64,000 nucleotides of DNA, taken from the IMG/VR virus record IMGVR_UViG_3300043436_004687, positions 62,001 through 126,000 of that record; one strand, written 5' to 3'. The notes beneath the pieces are model-generated. The model was not told the origin of the DNA and did no database searches. It saw nothing but the letters and a program-made list of their open reading frames with translations. This document shows, piece after piece, positions 9,489-19,379 of this stretch (within the stretch, counting starts at the first letter, position 1; each line of letters starts with the position of its first letter). The position numbers and the translations under genes are program-made.

Positions 9489-9995
9489 TTATTTAATATA
9501 ATTATTTTTTATTGAATCTACAATATATTGACTATGCTCTAAATGAAAATGGGTTGCATAACCAATAGAAACATGAAAACCATAATAAGGATCACCCAAA
9601 CCAATTTCCTTTCTTAAATCCATTAAAAAAGCGTTTTCAAGTAATTTAAAATACCAATGTTTACCATCACTCCTACAATCTAAATTTAATTCGACTTCAA
9701 CCTCAACATTTTCGTATTTTTCTTTTATTTCTTCCCAGTTATTACGTTTAATTTCGTCATTTTCACCCATTAAATCATCTATTCTATCATTGATGAATGT
9801 GATGTGAGTATTTCTAAGTGGTTTGTTTAAAACAATGTTATATCTTTTTTTGATAAACCAACTATAATAAGAACAAAAATCATCATTATCAAATAAAACC
9901 ATAGCAATAACTTTCCAAGAAGATTGTAAAATATGTTTATTAGTCTTATCTTCTGGGTTAAAATGAATTTTACCTTTTAATTTTAATGTACTCAT
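9489..9995 (-). CDS. 2H phosphodiesterase-like protein
   Basis: Two HxT/S motifs: THITF and FHVSI. Confidence 0.65.
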   Translation of the reverse strand: MSTLKLKGKIHFNPEDKTNKHILQSSWKVIAMVLFDNDDFCSYYSWFIKKRYNIVLNKPLRNTHITFINDRIDDLMGENDEIKRNNWEEIKEKYENVEVEVELNLDCRSDGKHWYFKLLENAFLMDLRKEIGLGDPYYGFHVSIGYATHFHLEHSQYIVDSIKNNYIK

Positions 9996-10003
9996 AATTA
10001 ATG

Positions 10004-10034
10004 CAAATATAATATTTTTTATTTAATAAACAAA
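10004..10034 (-). promoter_or_regulatory. Bacteroidota-type promoter
   Basis: TTTG-19 nt-TATATTTG upstream of the 9995 start. Confidence 0.7.
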
Positions 10035-10036
10035 AA

Positions 10037-10061
10037 AAATCCAATATTAAATACTGGATTT
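10037..10061 (-). terminator. terminator-like hairpin
   Basis: AAATCCA...TGGATTT followed by a T-run, just after the 10067 stop. Confidence 0.55.
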
Positions 10062-10066
10062 CTATT

Positions 10067-11656
10067 TTAAATAAATGTGGTGAATTTACCCTTGATTATA
10101 TTAACATGTGAAGCCTTACCATTTTTGTAGATAACAACATTTGAATGTAACCAACCAGAAGCACCTTTATTGTACCCCACTCTAAGATGGGTTAAAGTAC
10201 CAACACATAATGCACCATCTAATCTATTGGGTACGTGTGAATGACCAGTAATATTTTTAACTGGTAGATTCTTTAATTGTGTAGGGCTAGATCTAGAACC
10301 GTGCACCCCGATATGACCATGTATTGAAATTTCAAAATCTTTTATTTTACAGCCCTCATCAATACCCAAAGCTTTAACGTTAGTTAACTCGGTTTCAAAA
10401 ATATAGGGCACTATACCTTTGGGGGCTTTTCCATCCGCCAATAAACTAGCAAATTTTAAATATAAGAATTTATTATTACTTTTTCTCCAATCATCATTAC
10501 AAAGCCACCTATCAATAAATTCACAATGGTTTGATCTTACGGCAATAAATCTGTAAGTGGGGTAAGATTTAAACCAATTTAAAACAGTGTCTATCTCTTT
10601 CTTCAAAGACCAAGAACCATCCTCTTCTCTTTTTAATAATTGAAAAGGATCTTTCTTCTCATGGTGACTAATTGAATGTGAATTAATTGGGTCGTGCACC
10701 ACTATTTTTTTTGTATTTACTATTTCAGCTAATTTAAAAGAAGCATCAACAGCATTTTCATCATGCTCTGTTATATGCAGATCACCAAAGACAATAGCTT
10801 CAGCGGTTTTATTTGGGCGAGTGACTTTACCATCCTCAACAAGATACATTAAATCATAAAAATTACCTCTTTTATCTGCTGTAATTTGACGTATGTGAAA
10901 TATTTCTTCGTCTAATTCAACTATAACACACCCTATTTGATGATGAAAAGCTGATTTTGCCCCAATTGCTGTGTCGGTGTAATTTTCAACAGATACAGAA
11001 CCAGTCGTAACTAATAATTTATTAGGGTAACCCTCCACAACTGGCAGAGATTTTAATTGTACTCTTGGGTGGCCTATAATACAACTTTCCAGCCCAGTAA
11101 TGCCATTTAACCCAGTGGTTGGTATTGAAGCAGTTGGTTGAATTTTTACGTCAGAGAGAACTACTAAATGTTCATGTAAGTTATGTCTATTTGCATCTAA
11201 ATACGGTAACACTGATTTATCCCAACTATTTTTTAAGTTTTTTTCTTTATTTTTAATGGAATTACTAGAAGATAAAGATGTTGGGTTTTTATATCGGCCA
11301 GCAATAATAAGAATGTCTGCATCTATTTCTTTAGCATAAACCTCCATATTTTTAAGAAATTTACTATGGACAGCAGTTTCGCTTTGACACCAAGATATTA
11401 AAAACCTTTTCTTAGATGTATCGTGTTGTTTGTTTTGAGCTTCTTTGAATACATCAGTATCTTCGACTTTAGCAACATTGTTAGTAACCCCTAAAGTTTG
11501 CATTTTTTTCCTCATACCCCTCCCAAAGGTATCATCATCAAATTCTAATTTAAAATGTTTACACATTTTTCTAGTTGCTTTGGTAACTTTTTCACCATCT
11601 TCAACTAATTTTTTAACGTATTCTACCCACTCTGGTAAATATTTCTTTTTACTCAT
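10067..11656 (-). CDS. calcineurin-like metallophosphoesterase (large phage family)
   Basis: GDLH, HD, SNH, HGH and GHSH motifs in the C-terminal half. Confidence 0.75.
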   Translation of the reverse strand: MSKKKYLPEWVEYVKKLVEDGEKVTKATRKMCKHFKLEFDDDTFGRGMRKKMQTLGVTNNVAKVEDTDVFKEAQNKQHDTSKKRFLISWCQSETAVHSKFLKNMEVYAKEIDADILIIAGRYKNPTSLSSSNSIKNKEKNLKNSWDKSVLPYLDANRHNLHEHLVVLSDVKIQPTASIPTTGLNGITGLESCIIGHPRVQLKSLPVVEGYPNKLLVTTGSVSVENYTDTAIGAKSAFHHQIGCVIVELDEEIFHIRQITADKRGNFYDLMYLVEDGKVTRPNKTAEAIVFGDLHITEHDENAVDASFKLAEIVNTKKIVVHDPINSHSISHHEKKDPFQLLKREEDGSWSLKKEIDTVLNWFKSYPTYRFIAVRSNHCEFIDRWLCNDDWRKSNNKFLYLKFASLLADGKAPKGIVPYIFETELTNVKALGIDEGCKIKDFEISIHGHIGVHGSRSSPTQLKNLPVKNITGHSHVPNRLDGALCVGTLTHLRVGYNKGASGWLHSNVVIYKNGKASHVNIIKGKFTTFI

Positions 11657-11660
11657 TTAT

Positions 11661-11996
11661 TTATTTTATTAATTCCATATAAGTTGGGGCTGGACAAATC
11701 CCCAGTGTGAATTCATCAAAATGGTCATATTCATTCCCAACTTCAATAGCACCATTATCTAAAGCAGATTGTAAATCAACAAATTCTTCTAAGACCTTTT
11801 CCAAATAAAATTCCTCATCGGATAAAACATAATCTTCATTATCATCATACATTTCCCTATTAATACAATACCACTCTCTAGTTTCACCCTTAACAAATTT
11901 TTCGTTAGATTTATTTAATTCCAACGATTCTAAAAGAGGTAAATGATTTAATTTTTCATTTAAACACTTTTCAGCAAATTTTTCTCTTAATCCCAT
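11661..11996 (-). CDS. hypothetical protein
   Basis: 111-aa acidic ORF. Confidence 0.7.
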   Translation of the reverse strand: MGLREKFAEKCLNEKLNHLPLLESLELNKSNEKFVKGETREWYCINREMYDDNEDYVLSDEEFYLEKVLEEFVDLQSALDNGAIEVGNEYDHFDEFTLGICPAPTYMELIK

Positions 11997-12277
11997 ATAT
12001 TTAATTTATTTATTTCTATTGTATCATTTATTTCATATTTTTCACCAATTTTATTGGCTAAATCACTAGAATTGCCAAATTTATGAATATTGTTGTCCCC
12101 ATCCATAACAATAATAGAATACCTAAATGTCATTTTTGTTTTATCCTTTAAAAGCAAAGGTTTTTTTAGATTTTTTATCTTTATTATTGTTTGATCAGTA
12201 TATAGATTATTCATTTGAATAAAAAATAATACTGAAATTACAATATAGATAACCATTATTAATTTTAAACCTTTCAT
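11987..12277 (-). CDS. hypothetical membrane-anchored protein
   Basis: N-terminal hydrophobic helix. Confidence 0.65.
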   Translation of the reverse strand: MKGLKLIMVIYIVISVLFFIQMNNLYTDQTIIKIKNLKKPLLLKDKTKMTFRYSIIVMDGDNNIHKFGNSSDLANKIGEKYEINDTIEINKLNIWD

Positions 12278-12287
12278 ATTTCTTTTT

Positions 12288-12431
12288 TTAATTTAACTTG
12301 TTTAAATTTTCATTGAATTTAAACTGTGGTATAATGTGATCAACTTGCCAATCATCGTCTAAAGGGGTTCCAGTATAAGCACATAACCCATTATATTTAT
12401 TATACACTTGAAAACGTAATTTTTTATTCAT
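12288..12431 (-). pseudogene. truncated HNH endonuclease (47 aa)
   Basis: MNKKLRFQVYNKYNGLCAYTGTPLDDDWQVDHIIP then an early stop; the second half of the HNH motif is missing. Confidence 0.7.
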
Positions 12432-12777
12432 TAATTAAAAAATCATATAATTTTTCTGAAGTAGATAAATCTATATTTGACCCATCTTTATTAGTAACAC
12501 ATCCATTTTTATATTTAGAACCAAAATCTAATTCATAAATAAAATAATCTATCCAACTATCTTTATGATTATCATTAAATGCTATTTTTAATAAGTATAA
12601 TAAAGAGGAGTGTAAGAAACTGTTATTGTAATACCCACCAAAAGTATCTGGAAGTATTATTTTAAAAGCTTCATTGCATTTATCATCATGATTTGATTGA
12701 TTTTGGATATTCAATAAAATTTCAATGAATATTTCTTTGGTGATAATTAATTCACCCTTATTTTTATTATTTGACAT
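12424..12777 (-). CDS. hypothetical protein
   Basis: 117-aa ORF. Confidence 0.7.
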   Translation of the reverse strand: MSNNKNKGELIITKEIFIEILLNIQNQSNHDDKCNEAFKIILPDTFGGYYNNSFLHSSLLYLLKIAFNDNHKDSWIDYFIYELDFGSKYKNGCVTNKDGSNIDLSTSEKLYDFLINE

Positions 12778-12782
12778 ATAAA

Positions 12783-13505
12783 TTAAGCTAATCTTTTATC
12801 TTTTAATAATCCCCTTAAAAACACATTTTTCTCACCACCAATTTTTGTAACCCATTTACCATATAGTTTTTTATTTTCAATTTCTAATTCAATTTCATCT
12901 TCCCAAGTTGGTGTATATCCATTATAATGTTTTTCATTAGAAAATTCTTCTATTGTGATTGGGGTGAAATCTGCATATAAATCACGATTCCAAACCCTTT
13001 CGTCAACTAAGAAAACTACTGAAGTTAGCATATTATTTAAATCTGGCTCTCTAAAAGTAGCACATTTTACCCCATTATCATATAATTGTTGAGTAATAGT
13101 GTTAAGACTACCTTCATAAAATGCATCCCTAAAACCTTGTCTAATCAAAGAACCATCATTTGAAGTTCCACCATTAAGTATAATAAATGTTTTCCACTCA
13201 TTAGCAAAATATTGATATTCTGGGGTGTTCATATATTTCATCCCATATTCAACAACCGCATGACCAAATTGGATTCCTTTCTGAATTTCGCTAATATTAT
13301 AGGGTACAAAACCATACATCCTCAATTCTAAGAATTTCTCTGGTTTTATTGGTTCGATATCTTTTATCACATCATTTAAAGATAAAAATAAATCAAACTC
13401 TAATTGACTAATTGGTTTTAAAAAATATTCATCTTCATTATTAATTTCTTTTAATCTAATGTTATTTTCTAAACACCAATTATATAAACTTTGTTTTTTA
13501 CTCAT
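12783..13505 (-). CDS. peptidyl-tRNA hydrolase 2 (Pth2)-like protein; start reassigned to MSKKQ
   Basis: QKGIQFGHA, IILNGG, FREPDLNNMLTS; a promoter -7 box lies inside the longer ORF-track extension to 13553. Confidence 0.6.
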   Translation of the reverse strand: MSKKQSLYNWCLENNIRLKEINNEDEYFLKPISQLEFDLFLSLNDVIKDIEPIKPEKFLELRMYGFVPYNISEIQKGIQFGHAVVEYGMKYMNTPEYQYFANEWKTFIILNGGTSNDGSLIRQGFRDAFYEGSLNTITQQLYDNGVKCATFREPDLNNMLTSVVFLVDERVWNRDLYADFTPITIEEFSNEKHYNGYTPTWEDEIELEIENKKLYGKWVTKIGGEKNVFLRGLLKDKRLA

Positions 13506-13575
13506 TACTAAAATTTTAATTATAAGGCAAATATAAATGAAAAAACCACTCATTACAAGTAGTTTTTAAATTATT

Positions 13576-13914
13576 TTATAAATTTTTACAATATTCACTA
13601 TTCAAAAATTGAATGAAAGAGCAGTCTAAGGCATCTCTAAGTCTAAGATACTCCTTATACCTTAACTTAGCTTTTCTTTTTGAATTACTAATTAATTTTT
13701 CCTTAAAATATTCTTTTGATAGATGGGTTATACAAACAGCACCAGAAACATTATCCAAATGAACCATTAATTGATTTGAAATTAAATGTGGTGGGTAAAC
13801 AACAATTGATTTAATTGGTTCAGAATTTTCATTCGTTTCACAATCATAAAATGAATAATAATATACTTCATCACGAACTTTTATTTCATTCTCATTTAAT
13901 CCTATTAATCCCAT
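13576..13914 (-). CDS. hypothetical protein
   Basis: 112-aa ORF. Confidence 0.65.
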   Translation of the reverse strand: MGLIGLNENEIKVRDEVYYYSFYDCETNENSEPIKSIVVYPPHLISNQLMVHLDNVSGAVCITHLSKEYFKEKLISNSKRKAKLRYKEYLRLRDALDCSFIQFLNSEYCKNL

Positions 13915-14099
13915 TTTAAATTGTATTTTTCTAAAACATTATCACAATCATCACCTAATTCATTTTGAATATTAGCTCTTATATCAGCAATAAGTTTACC
14001 ACTTTCTTTAGTGGCACCCTTTAATTCATAAGAACCGCTATCATCAGCTATTGCTAACAATAATTTTAAATAACCTTTAGTTGTTTTTGGTAACTCCAT
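13905..14099 (-). CDS. hypothetical protein
   Basis: 64-aa ORF, overlaps its neighbour. Confidence 0.6.
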   Translation of the reverse strand: MELPKTTKGYLKLLLAIADDSGSYELKGATKESGKLIADIRANIQNELGDDCDNVLEKYNLKWD

Positions 14100-14100
14100 T

Positions 14101-14466
14101 TTATTTTTTTAAAAATTTAACAAAACCAAAAGATAGTTTAATACAATCTTTTCTATTATAGATATCCAACCCATGTTCTTGAATATCTGGTCTGAATAAT
14201 ATAAACCTTTTTCTAATATATTTTTTAGTGTTATTGTCTATAACATAAAAGGTACTATCACCAAATATTTGTATATTTAACCTCCAATGTTTCCCATTTT
14301 CTACTTTATCAAAATGCTTAGGTAATGATATAGAAATCCAATTTGATTTAGGGTATTTTAATACATAACAATCAAACCCAAAATTAAATAGTTTAAATTT
14401 ATATATTGGTAATTTATAATATTCCAATTCTTTTATTCTACCTGGTAACCATTTAAATAATTTCAT
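14101..14466 (-). CDS. 2OG-Fe(II) oxygenase/cupin-like protein
   Basis: LPKHFD (HxD) and distal FRPD..EH. Confidence 0.55.
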   Translation of the reverse strand: MKLFKWLPGRIKELEYYKLPIYKFKLFNFGFDCYVLKYPKSNWISISLPKHFDKVENGKHWRLNIQIFGDSTFYVIDNNTKKYIRKRFILFRPDIQEHGLDIYNRKDCIKLSFGFVKFLKK

Positions 14467-14753
14467 ATTAAAAATCTAACTCTTTTTTCAATAATTAATA
14501 ATTCTAATTCATTTTTTAATATTTCAAAATAATGTTTGGTAGTTTTATGATAATCAAAAGCATCTTGATTGTGAAATGCTTCATTTACTATAAACCATGT
14601 ATTATCTTTAGAATCTTGTTTGACATCATAAATTAAACAATCTGGTTCTTTTAAACTAAATTTAGCTAATTCATTAAATAATTCTTTAGCTTCATCTACC
14701 TTATGATCAGAAACTTTAAATTCCGCTAATATTTGTATTTTATTATTTTTCAT
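14463..14753 (-). CDS. antibiotic-biosynthesis monooxygenase (ABM/YgiN-like)
   Basis: S.KEP.CL.Y.V.QD...F.V.E.F....AF..H..T.H. Confidence 0.85.
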   Translation of the reverse strand: MKNNKIQILAEFKVSDHKVDEAKELFNELAKFSLKEPDCLIYDVKQDSKDNTWFIVNEAFHNQDAFDYHKTTKHYFEILKNELELLIIEKRVRFLI

Positions 14754-15037
14754 TTTTTTACATGAATTACTATTGAAGTGAATGTTTTTGAATTTAATTC
14801 AATTTTTTCGGAAAATATTTGTTGTTTACATTTAGAACAATTTCTACAACCCGTTCCTAATAAAATTGATCCTTTACAAACCTTATTAGGGTGTATAATA
14901 GCACTGTGCGAATTTTTCTCAATAAAATATTTATCAGAAAAAGTTTTAAACATTTCTAATAATCTAATTTCATTAGCACCAGAGTCGCATATATGACTAA
15001 TTTCCAGTTTTAATTTTTCTTCTAAATCTTTATTCAT
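14750..15037 (-). CDS. hypothetical protein
   Basis: 95-aa ORF with C..GC..C..C. Confidence 0.6.
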   Translation of the reverse strand: MNKDLEEKLKLEISHICDSGANEIRLLEMFKTFSDKYFIEKNSHSAIIHPNKVCKGSILLGTGCRNCSKCKQQIFSEKIELNSKTFTSIVIHVKK

Positions 15038-15167
15038 AATTAATTATTTTTCTTTAACCCCAAACAACAAGGTGGTTTTAATATTTTATTCAACCCCTTA
15101 ATCATTTTCTTTCTAGATGGTTTTATTTCAAAATATAAATCTAATTTTAATTGAACTTCATTCATAA

Positions 15168-16562
15168 TTATTTTAAACCCATTGCTGCATTATATATTTC
15201 AACACATTCTTCAAAAGAATTAGCCTCTGTTTTATCAGTTCTAAATTCTTTAAATGCTGGAAAAAATACTGAATTACCACCATTGGAATTAGATGAAAGA
15301 CCATTACATTTTATTTCAACTATTGTGTTTAATAAAGAATCTTGGTTTTCAGTTACATAAACCATCATATTTTCTTTCAAACCTTGAGCCTTAGCCGATA
15401 ATTTGCCGCAAGAACTCTCACAATATATTGTAGATATTACATGCTCATTTTTAGTACCCCTTTTGCCATAATTAAATGCTTTCGCTACTAAATCTAAACT
15501 AATTTCAATTTTTAATTTAATTTGGTAATTATGTTTACCATTCTTCCAAACACCATCAAGACTTTTTAAAACAGTACCCTCCTCACCCCTTTCCAAGGCT
15601 TCAGAAAAATGTTGCATAGCTTCTTCGTAGGTTTTAACAAATCTATGTTCAACTATTGATATTGAAATTGAATTTGAAAGAATTGATTTTAATCTATTTA
15701 ACCTATCTATTCTAATAGTGGGGGAGTACCCTAAGTAATATTCTTCGACATCAATTATATCCCAAACTTTTAACTCAACTAAAGATAGGGCTTCCTCAAT
15801 AGTCATACCCTTTTCTTTAATGAATTTGTTTATTTTTTTATTTGTCTCTTCTTGCGTTCTATCGGCTTTTTTATTTTCAATATCTATAATAGATGCAATT
15901 ATACCATTGCTTTCTAATCTAGATATCCCCTTCATAACTATTTCACAATTTAAAACACAATCATCTAACTTAGATAATTCTTCAACTAAATCACAATTAC
16001 CAATAAAAGAATTCTCACCAGATCTACCTTCCATTTCAACCTCATGATTAAAAATAATGATATTTAAATATTTACCATCCGCTTTTAATTCACTAATACA
16101 AGTAGCGTTATTTTCAAATAAAGCATTAGCTTTTTTTACATCAAATGGGATACAACCCATATAATTAGTTTTTTCAACCAATGATGGAAATACTTTATTA
16201 ATTAATGTGGTCCCCAAATTTATTTTACAATTCTTTTCAATTATTCGCTCTATAATGTAAGCATCATCAACATCAAGACTATTTAAAATAGATGTTAACC
16301 ACTCTATAGCTTGATGACCAGTAAAAGTTCTATCAATCAATTTATCTAAATTGCTTAAAGCATCCTCTAATGAAATATGTTCAAAATTAGAATCAAATTC
16401 ATATTCTGGTATTTGCTTTATATAAAACTTAACCCTTTTGGAGTTAGCAAGATATAATACTCTTTCAAGCAACTTATTATCTTTATATTCATTAAGAATT
16501 TCTATTTTCTTATTGGTTGATGATTCATTTGCAATCTCATCAAAGATTTGTTTTATTTTCAT
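15168..16562 (-). CDS. ATP-dependent DNA ligase (T4 gp30-like)
   Basis: Motif I ELKADG, EGTVLK, QIKLK, C-terminal OB fold FFP.F..FR.DK. Confidence 0.92.
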   Translation of the reverse strand: MKIKQIFDEIANESSTNKKIEILNEYKDNKLLERVLYLANSKRVKFYIKQIPEYEFDSNFEHISLEDALSNLDKLIDRTFTGHQAIEWLTSILNSLDVDDAYIIERIIEKNCKINLGTTLINKVFPSLVEKTNYMGCIPFDVKKANALFENNATCISELKADGKYLNIIIFNHEVEMEGRSGENSFIGNCDLVEELSKLDDCVLNCEIVMKGISRLESNGIIASIIDIENKKADRTQEETNKKINKFIKEKGMTIEEALSLVELKVWDIIDVEEYYLGYSPTIRIDRLNRLKSILSNSISISIVEHRFVKTYEEAMQHFSEALERGEEGTVLKSLDGVWKNGKHNYQIKLKIEISLDLVAKAFNYGKRGTKNEHVISTIYCESSCGKLSAKAQGLKENMMVYVTENQDSLLNTIVEIKCNGLSSNSNGGNSVFFPAFKEFRTDKTEANSFEECVEIYNAAMGLK

Positions 16563-17393
16563 TTATATTAAATTTAAAATTGAATTTCTATCTTTGCCAA
16601 ACATGGGAGTTTCAACAACCTCCCATTTACTTCTTATTGGTTTATTACATTCATCGCAAATATTAGTACAAATTTCAGTTTGGAAATTTAAACAATTTTC
16701 ACCTAAACCACCATAGGTATTCTTAACAATAAATGAACCTCTTTTCTTACTCCAATGTAAATCATTCCAATTGTGTCCTTTTTTAAAACACATTTCTTGC
16801 ATATCAGAAGTATTTTTCTTATGTAATTCAGTATGGGAATATAAAGATTGTGCAAGCATTGCAACAGAATTCTTTTCAGCATCTCTTTGTCGCCAAATGA
16901 GCATATTTACAACCTCTTCTTTTTCAGGAATTTGAAATACTCGGCTATCAAAGAAAGCTAATTTAGAATCAGTCATTATTTCTTCATAACTAATTGCACC
17001 ACCATATTCAACATCTTCAACTTGCCTACTCAATCTCAATTGATTAAACTTAGCCGTAGCTAAAGAAGCTGAAATACTTGTCATCTTCTGTACATTATAA
17101 TCAAACCAAGCTGATGTTTCTAATTTATCATAATCAGTTAAAACAAGTGTTATTTCATCACTTTGGGAAAATCCAAATTTACAACCTTGAATATTCTCAC
17201 ACAAGAACTTAGTAGTTTCTTGCATATCTTCAATAAGTCCTTCATCAAATGGTCTATTCAACCCCTTAGTATAAGTGTGAAATGCTTTCCCATCCAATCT
17301 AATGATAGTTGGCATTCTTCTGGTTAGAAATTGCTTATTTCTATTTTCATAATTTTCTTTAATTCTTTTTGAAAGAGCTGTATTATCTGGCAT
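16563..17393 (-). CDS. thg1: tRNA(His) guanylyltransferase Thg1-like protein
   Basis: IIRLDGKAFH, QSDEI, FDSR, WRQ.DA..NS. Confidence 0.93.
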   Translation of the reverse strand: MPDNTALSKRIKENYENRNKQFLTRRMPTIIRLDGKAFHTYTKGLNRPFDEGLIEDMQETTKFLCENIQGCKFGFSQSDEITLVLTDYDKLETSAWFDYNVQKMTSISASLATAKFNQLRLSRQVEDVEYGGAISYEEIMTDSKLAFFDSRVFQIPEKEEVVNMLIWRQRDAEKNSVAMLAQSLYSHTELHKKNTSDMQEMCFKKGHNWNDLHWSKKRGSFIVKNTYGGLGENCLNFQTEICTNICDECNKPIRSKWEVVETPMFGKDRNSILNLI

Positions 17394-17399
17394 AATATT

Positions 17400-17729
17400 T
17401 TATTTTTTATAATTAATATATCTTAAAAATTCATCAGTGGGTTTAACTTTATGTTCCAAAACATAATGCTTTGCAAAGTCTCCTGGCCAAATCCATTCTT
17501 CAGTTTCAAATTCTTTATTACCCAGATTTTCACCAGTAATTCTAGAACAAGAAAACCCTCTATAGGCTGTAATTTTAGCTGTTTTTTCTTTATCAATAAT
17601 TAAATCATAAATAACCTTAGCTTCATTATCATTTAATACATTTGCTACGGGCATTGGGAATTCACTAATTTTAGAATAATTAGAAAATGGTTTTTCAAAC
17701 CAATAACCCTCAATGTTTTTATCTGACAT
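17400..17729 (-). CDS. hypothetical protein
   Basis: 109-aa ORF. Confidence 0.7.
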   Translation of the reverse strand: MSDKNIEGYWFEKPFSNYSKISEFPMPVANVLNDNEAKVIYDLIIDKEKTAKITAYRGFSCSRITGENLGNKEFETEEWIWPGDFAKHYVLEHKVKPTDEFLRYINYKK

Positions 17730-17740
17730 AATTTTATATT

Positions 17741-18496
17741 TTAATAATTAAACAAATCTTCTTTATATGCAAATTCAGTCCATTCCTCGCCTAATTTAGA
17801 AACCCTAAAACCTAAACCCCTATTAGGTGATTCTGCAATAGATTCAACTGTTACAACACCATTCCTTTTAGGGTTATTAACAGTTTTCCAATAATAAGTT
17901 TCACCAATTACTATTTCTTCTGGTCTTCCAATACATACATATCCAGTCATTCGATATAATTCATCAAACATATCCTTGAATCTAATATCAAATAATTGTT
18001 TTCTAAATTCATGCATTTCTTTAGCATAACCAGAAGCCATACCACTACCTTTTGATGTTGAATATTTTACGTTAGCTAATCTATCACAAATTTTATCAAA
18101 TGTTGCCAAACCAATGGTTTCATAACAATCTCTAATACCTTGATAGTATTTATCGTTTGCACGTTCTTTTCTAGTTTTACCTTTTTCATTTGTCAACGCA
18201 TAAGTAATTTCTGCCACCACTTCACCACAAGCATCTTTAACGTTGTTGTATGTTTGCATTGTATCCTCAATAGTATCATGAGTATATGCTCCAGCAATAG
18301 CATACCCAACATATTCTTGTGGCAATAAATAAGCGTATTTAACAGCGTATTCTTTAACCATTTCAATATGTGTATAAACATATGGTTTACCATCGTATTT
18401 ATGGTTTACAGCTTCGTGACATTTAATTGCATAATCTCTAGATTTATCAATCAATTCTAAAGACTCAATAAGTGTAAGTGGTTTAATATTTTCCAT
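17741..18496 (-). CDS. HD-domain hydrolase of the RelA/SpoT/Mesh1 type
   Basis: H..Q/K.YDG.PY..H, HDTIED, K..DR..N. Confidence 0.85.
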   Translation of the reverse strand: MENIKPLTLIESLELIDKSRDYAIKCHEAVNHKYDGKPYVYTHIEMVKEYAVKYAYLLPQEYVGYAIAGAYTHDTIEDTMQTYNNVKDACGEVVAEITYALTNEKGKTRKERANDKYYQGIRDCYETIGLATFDKICDRLANVKYSTSKGSGMASGYAKEMHEFRKQLFDIRFKDMFDELYRMTGYVCIGRPEEIVIGETYYWKTVNNPKRNGVVTVESIAESPNRGLGFRVSKLGEEWTEFAYKEDLFNY

Positions 18497-18515
18497 GATT
18501 TATTATTTTAAAATA

Positions 18516-18547
18516 CAAAATTACAAAAATAATTTAAATAAAACAAA
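18516..18547 (-). promoter_or_regulatory. Bacteroidota-type promoter
   Basis: TTTG-20 nt-TAATTTTG upstream of the 18496 start. Confidence 0.6.
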
Positions 18548-18548
18548 T

Positions 18549-18869
18549 TTATTTTTGATTAATTAATATTTCCATTAAATCTACTCTAACTTTTAACCAA
18601 AGAAATAATTCAACACGCTTTTCATTTAAATCTTCGGTTCTAAACCCAACATCATAATATTTTTCTTTTGTAAAATAATCTTCTTTAACACCACAAAAGA
18701 AAATGGATTTATTGTTAAAGTGTTTCATAATTTCAGAAAAAGTTAATTGAATACTTTGTCTTGCTATGCTAATAGAACAATCTAATTTATCTGTATGAAA
18801 TTCATGACAATTAACATAAGCATATTCTAAATATTCTAATTTCTCTTTTAGAGTTAATTTATTTACCAT
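18549..18869 (-). CDS. hypothetical protein
   Basis: 106-aa ORF. Confidence 0.65.
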   Translation of the reverse strand: MVNKLTLKEKLEYLEYAYVNCHEFHTDKLDCSISIARQSIQLTFSEIMKHFNNKSIFFCGVKEDYFTKEKYYDVGFRTEDLNEKRVELFLWLKVRVDLMEILINQK

Positions 18870-18880
18870 ATTAAAATTTA

Positions 18881-19132
18881 TTATTTAAAATGAATTGTTA
18901 TTTCAGTATCACCAGATATATATCTGCCATATCTTGTTGATTTATTTTGACTATAAACCGTAACATGACCTGAACTGTGCCAAATCATTTCCCAATATAA
19001 TTGTTTCCCATTACCAATAGTGAAACCCTCATGTATATTTGAATCTAAATCCCCATTTGTCAATGTCAAATCACCAATAAAACATATTTTACCAGTAATT
19101 TTTTTATTATGCGGTATTAAAATATTTTCCAT
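18881..19132 (-). CDS. hypothetical protein
   Basis: 83-aa ORF. Confidence 0.65.
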   Translation of the reverse strand: MENILIPHNKKITGKICFIGDLTLTNGDLDSNIHEGFTIGNGKQLYWEMIWHSSGHVTVYSQNKSTRYGRYISGDTEITIHFK

Positions 19133-19134
19133 AA

Positions 19135-19296
19135 TTATTTATATTTATTAGTCATATCATTACCACATTTATGACAAACATATTTGTCAAACTCTTCTGT
19201 TTCAGATTCTTTCCAAGTCCAATTACATTTATCACAAATAATTTTGACATCTTTTTTTACAACCTCAAAAATTTTACGTAAAGATATTTTAACCAT
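19135..19296 (-). CDS. 53-aa zinc-ribbon protein
   Basis: MVKISL...CDKCNWTW...YVCHKCG; below the ORF-track cutoff; promoter at 19320..19352. Confidence 0.65.
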   Translation of the reverse strand: MVKISLRKIFEVVKKDVKIICDKCNWTWKESETEEFDKYVCHKCGNDMTNKYK

Positions 19297-19349
19297 ATTT
19301 TATTATTTAATATTTTTAGCAAATATACAATAAAATTTTCATATAAAAC

Positions 19350-19379
19350 AAAAATCCAGATAAAATTATCTGGATTTTT
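19350..19379. terminator. bidirectional terminator-like hairpin
   Basis: 14-bp perfect inverted repeat AAAAATCCAGATAA/TTATCTGGATTTTT. Confidence 0.7.
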
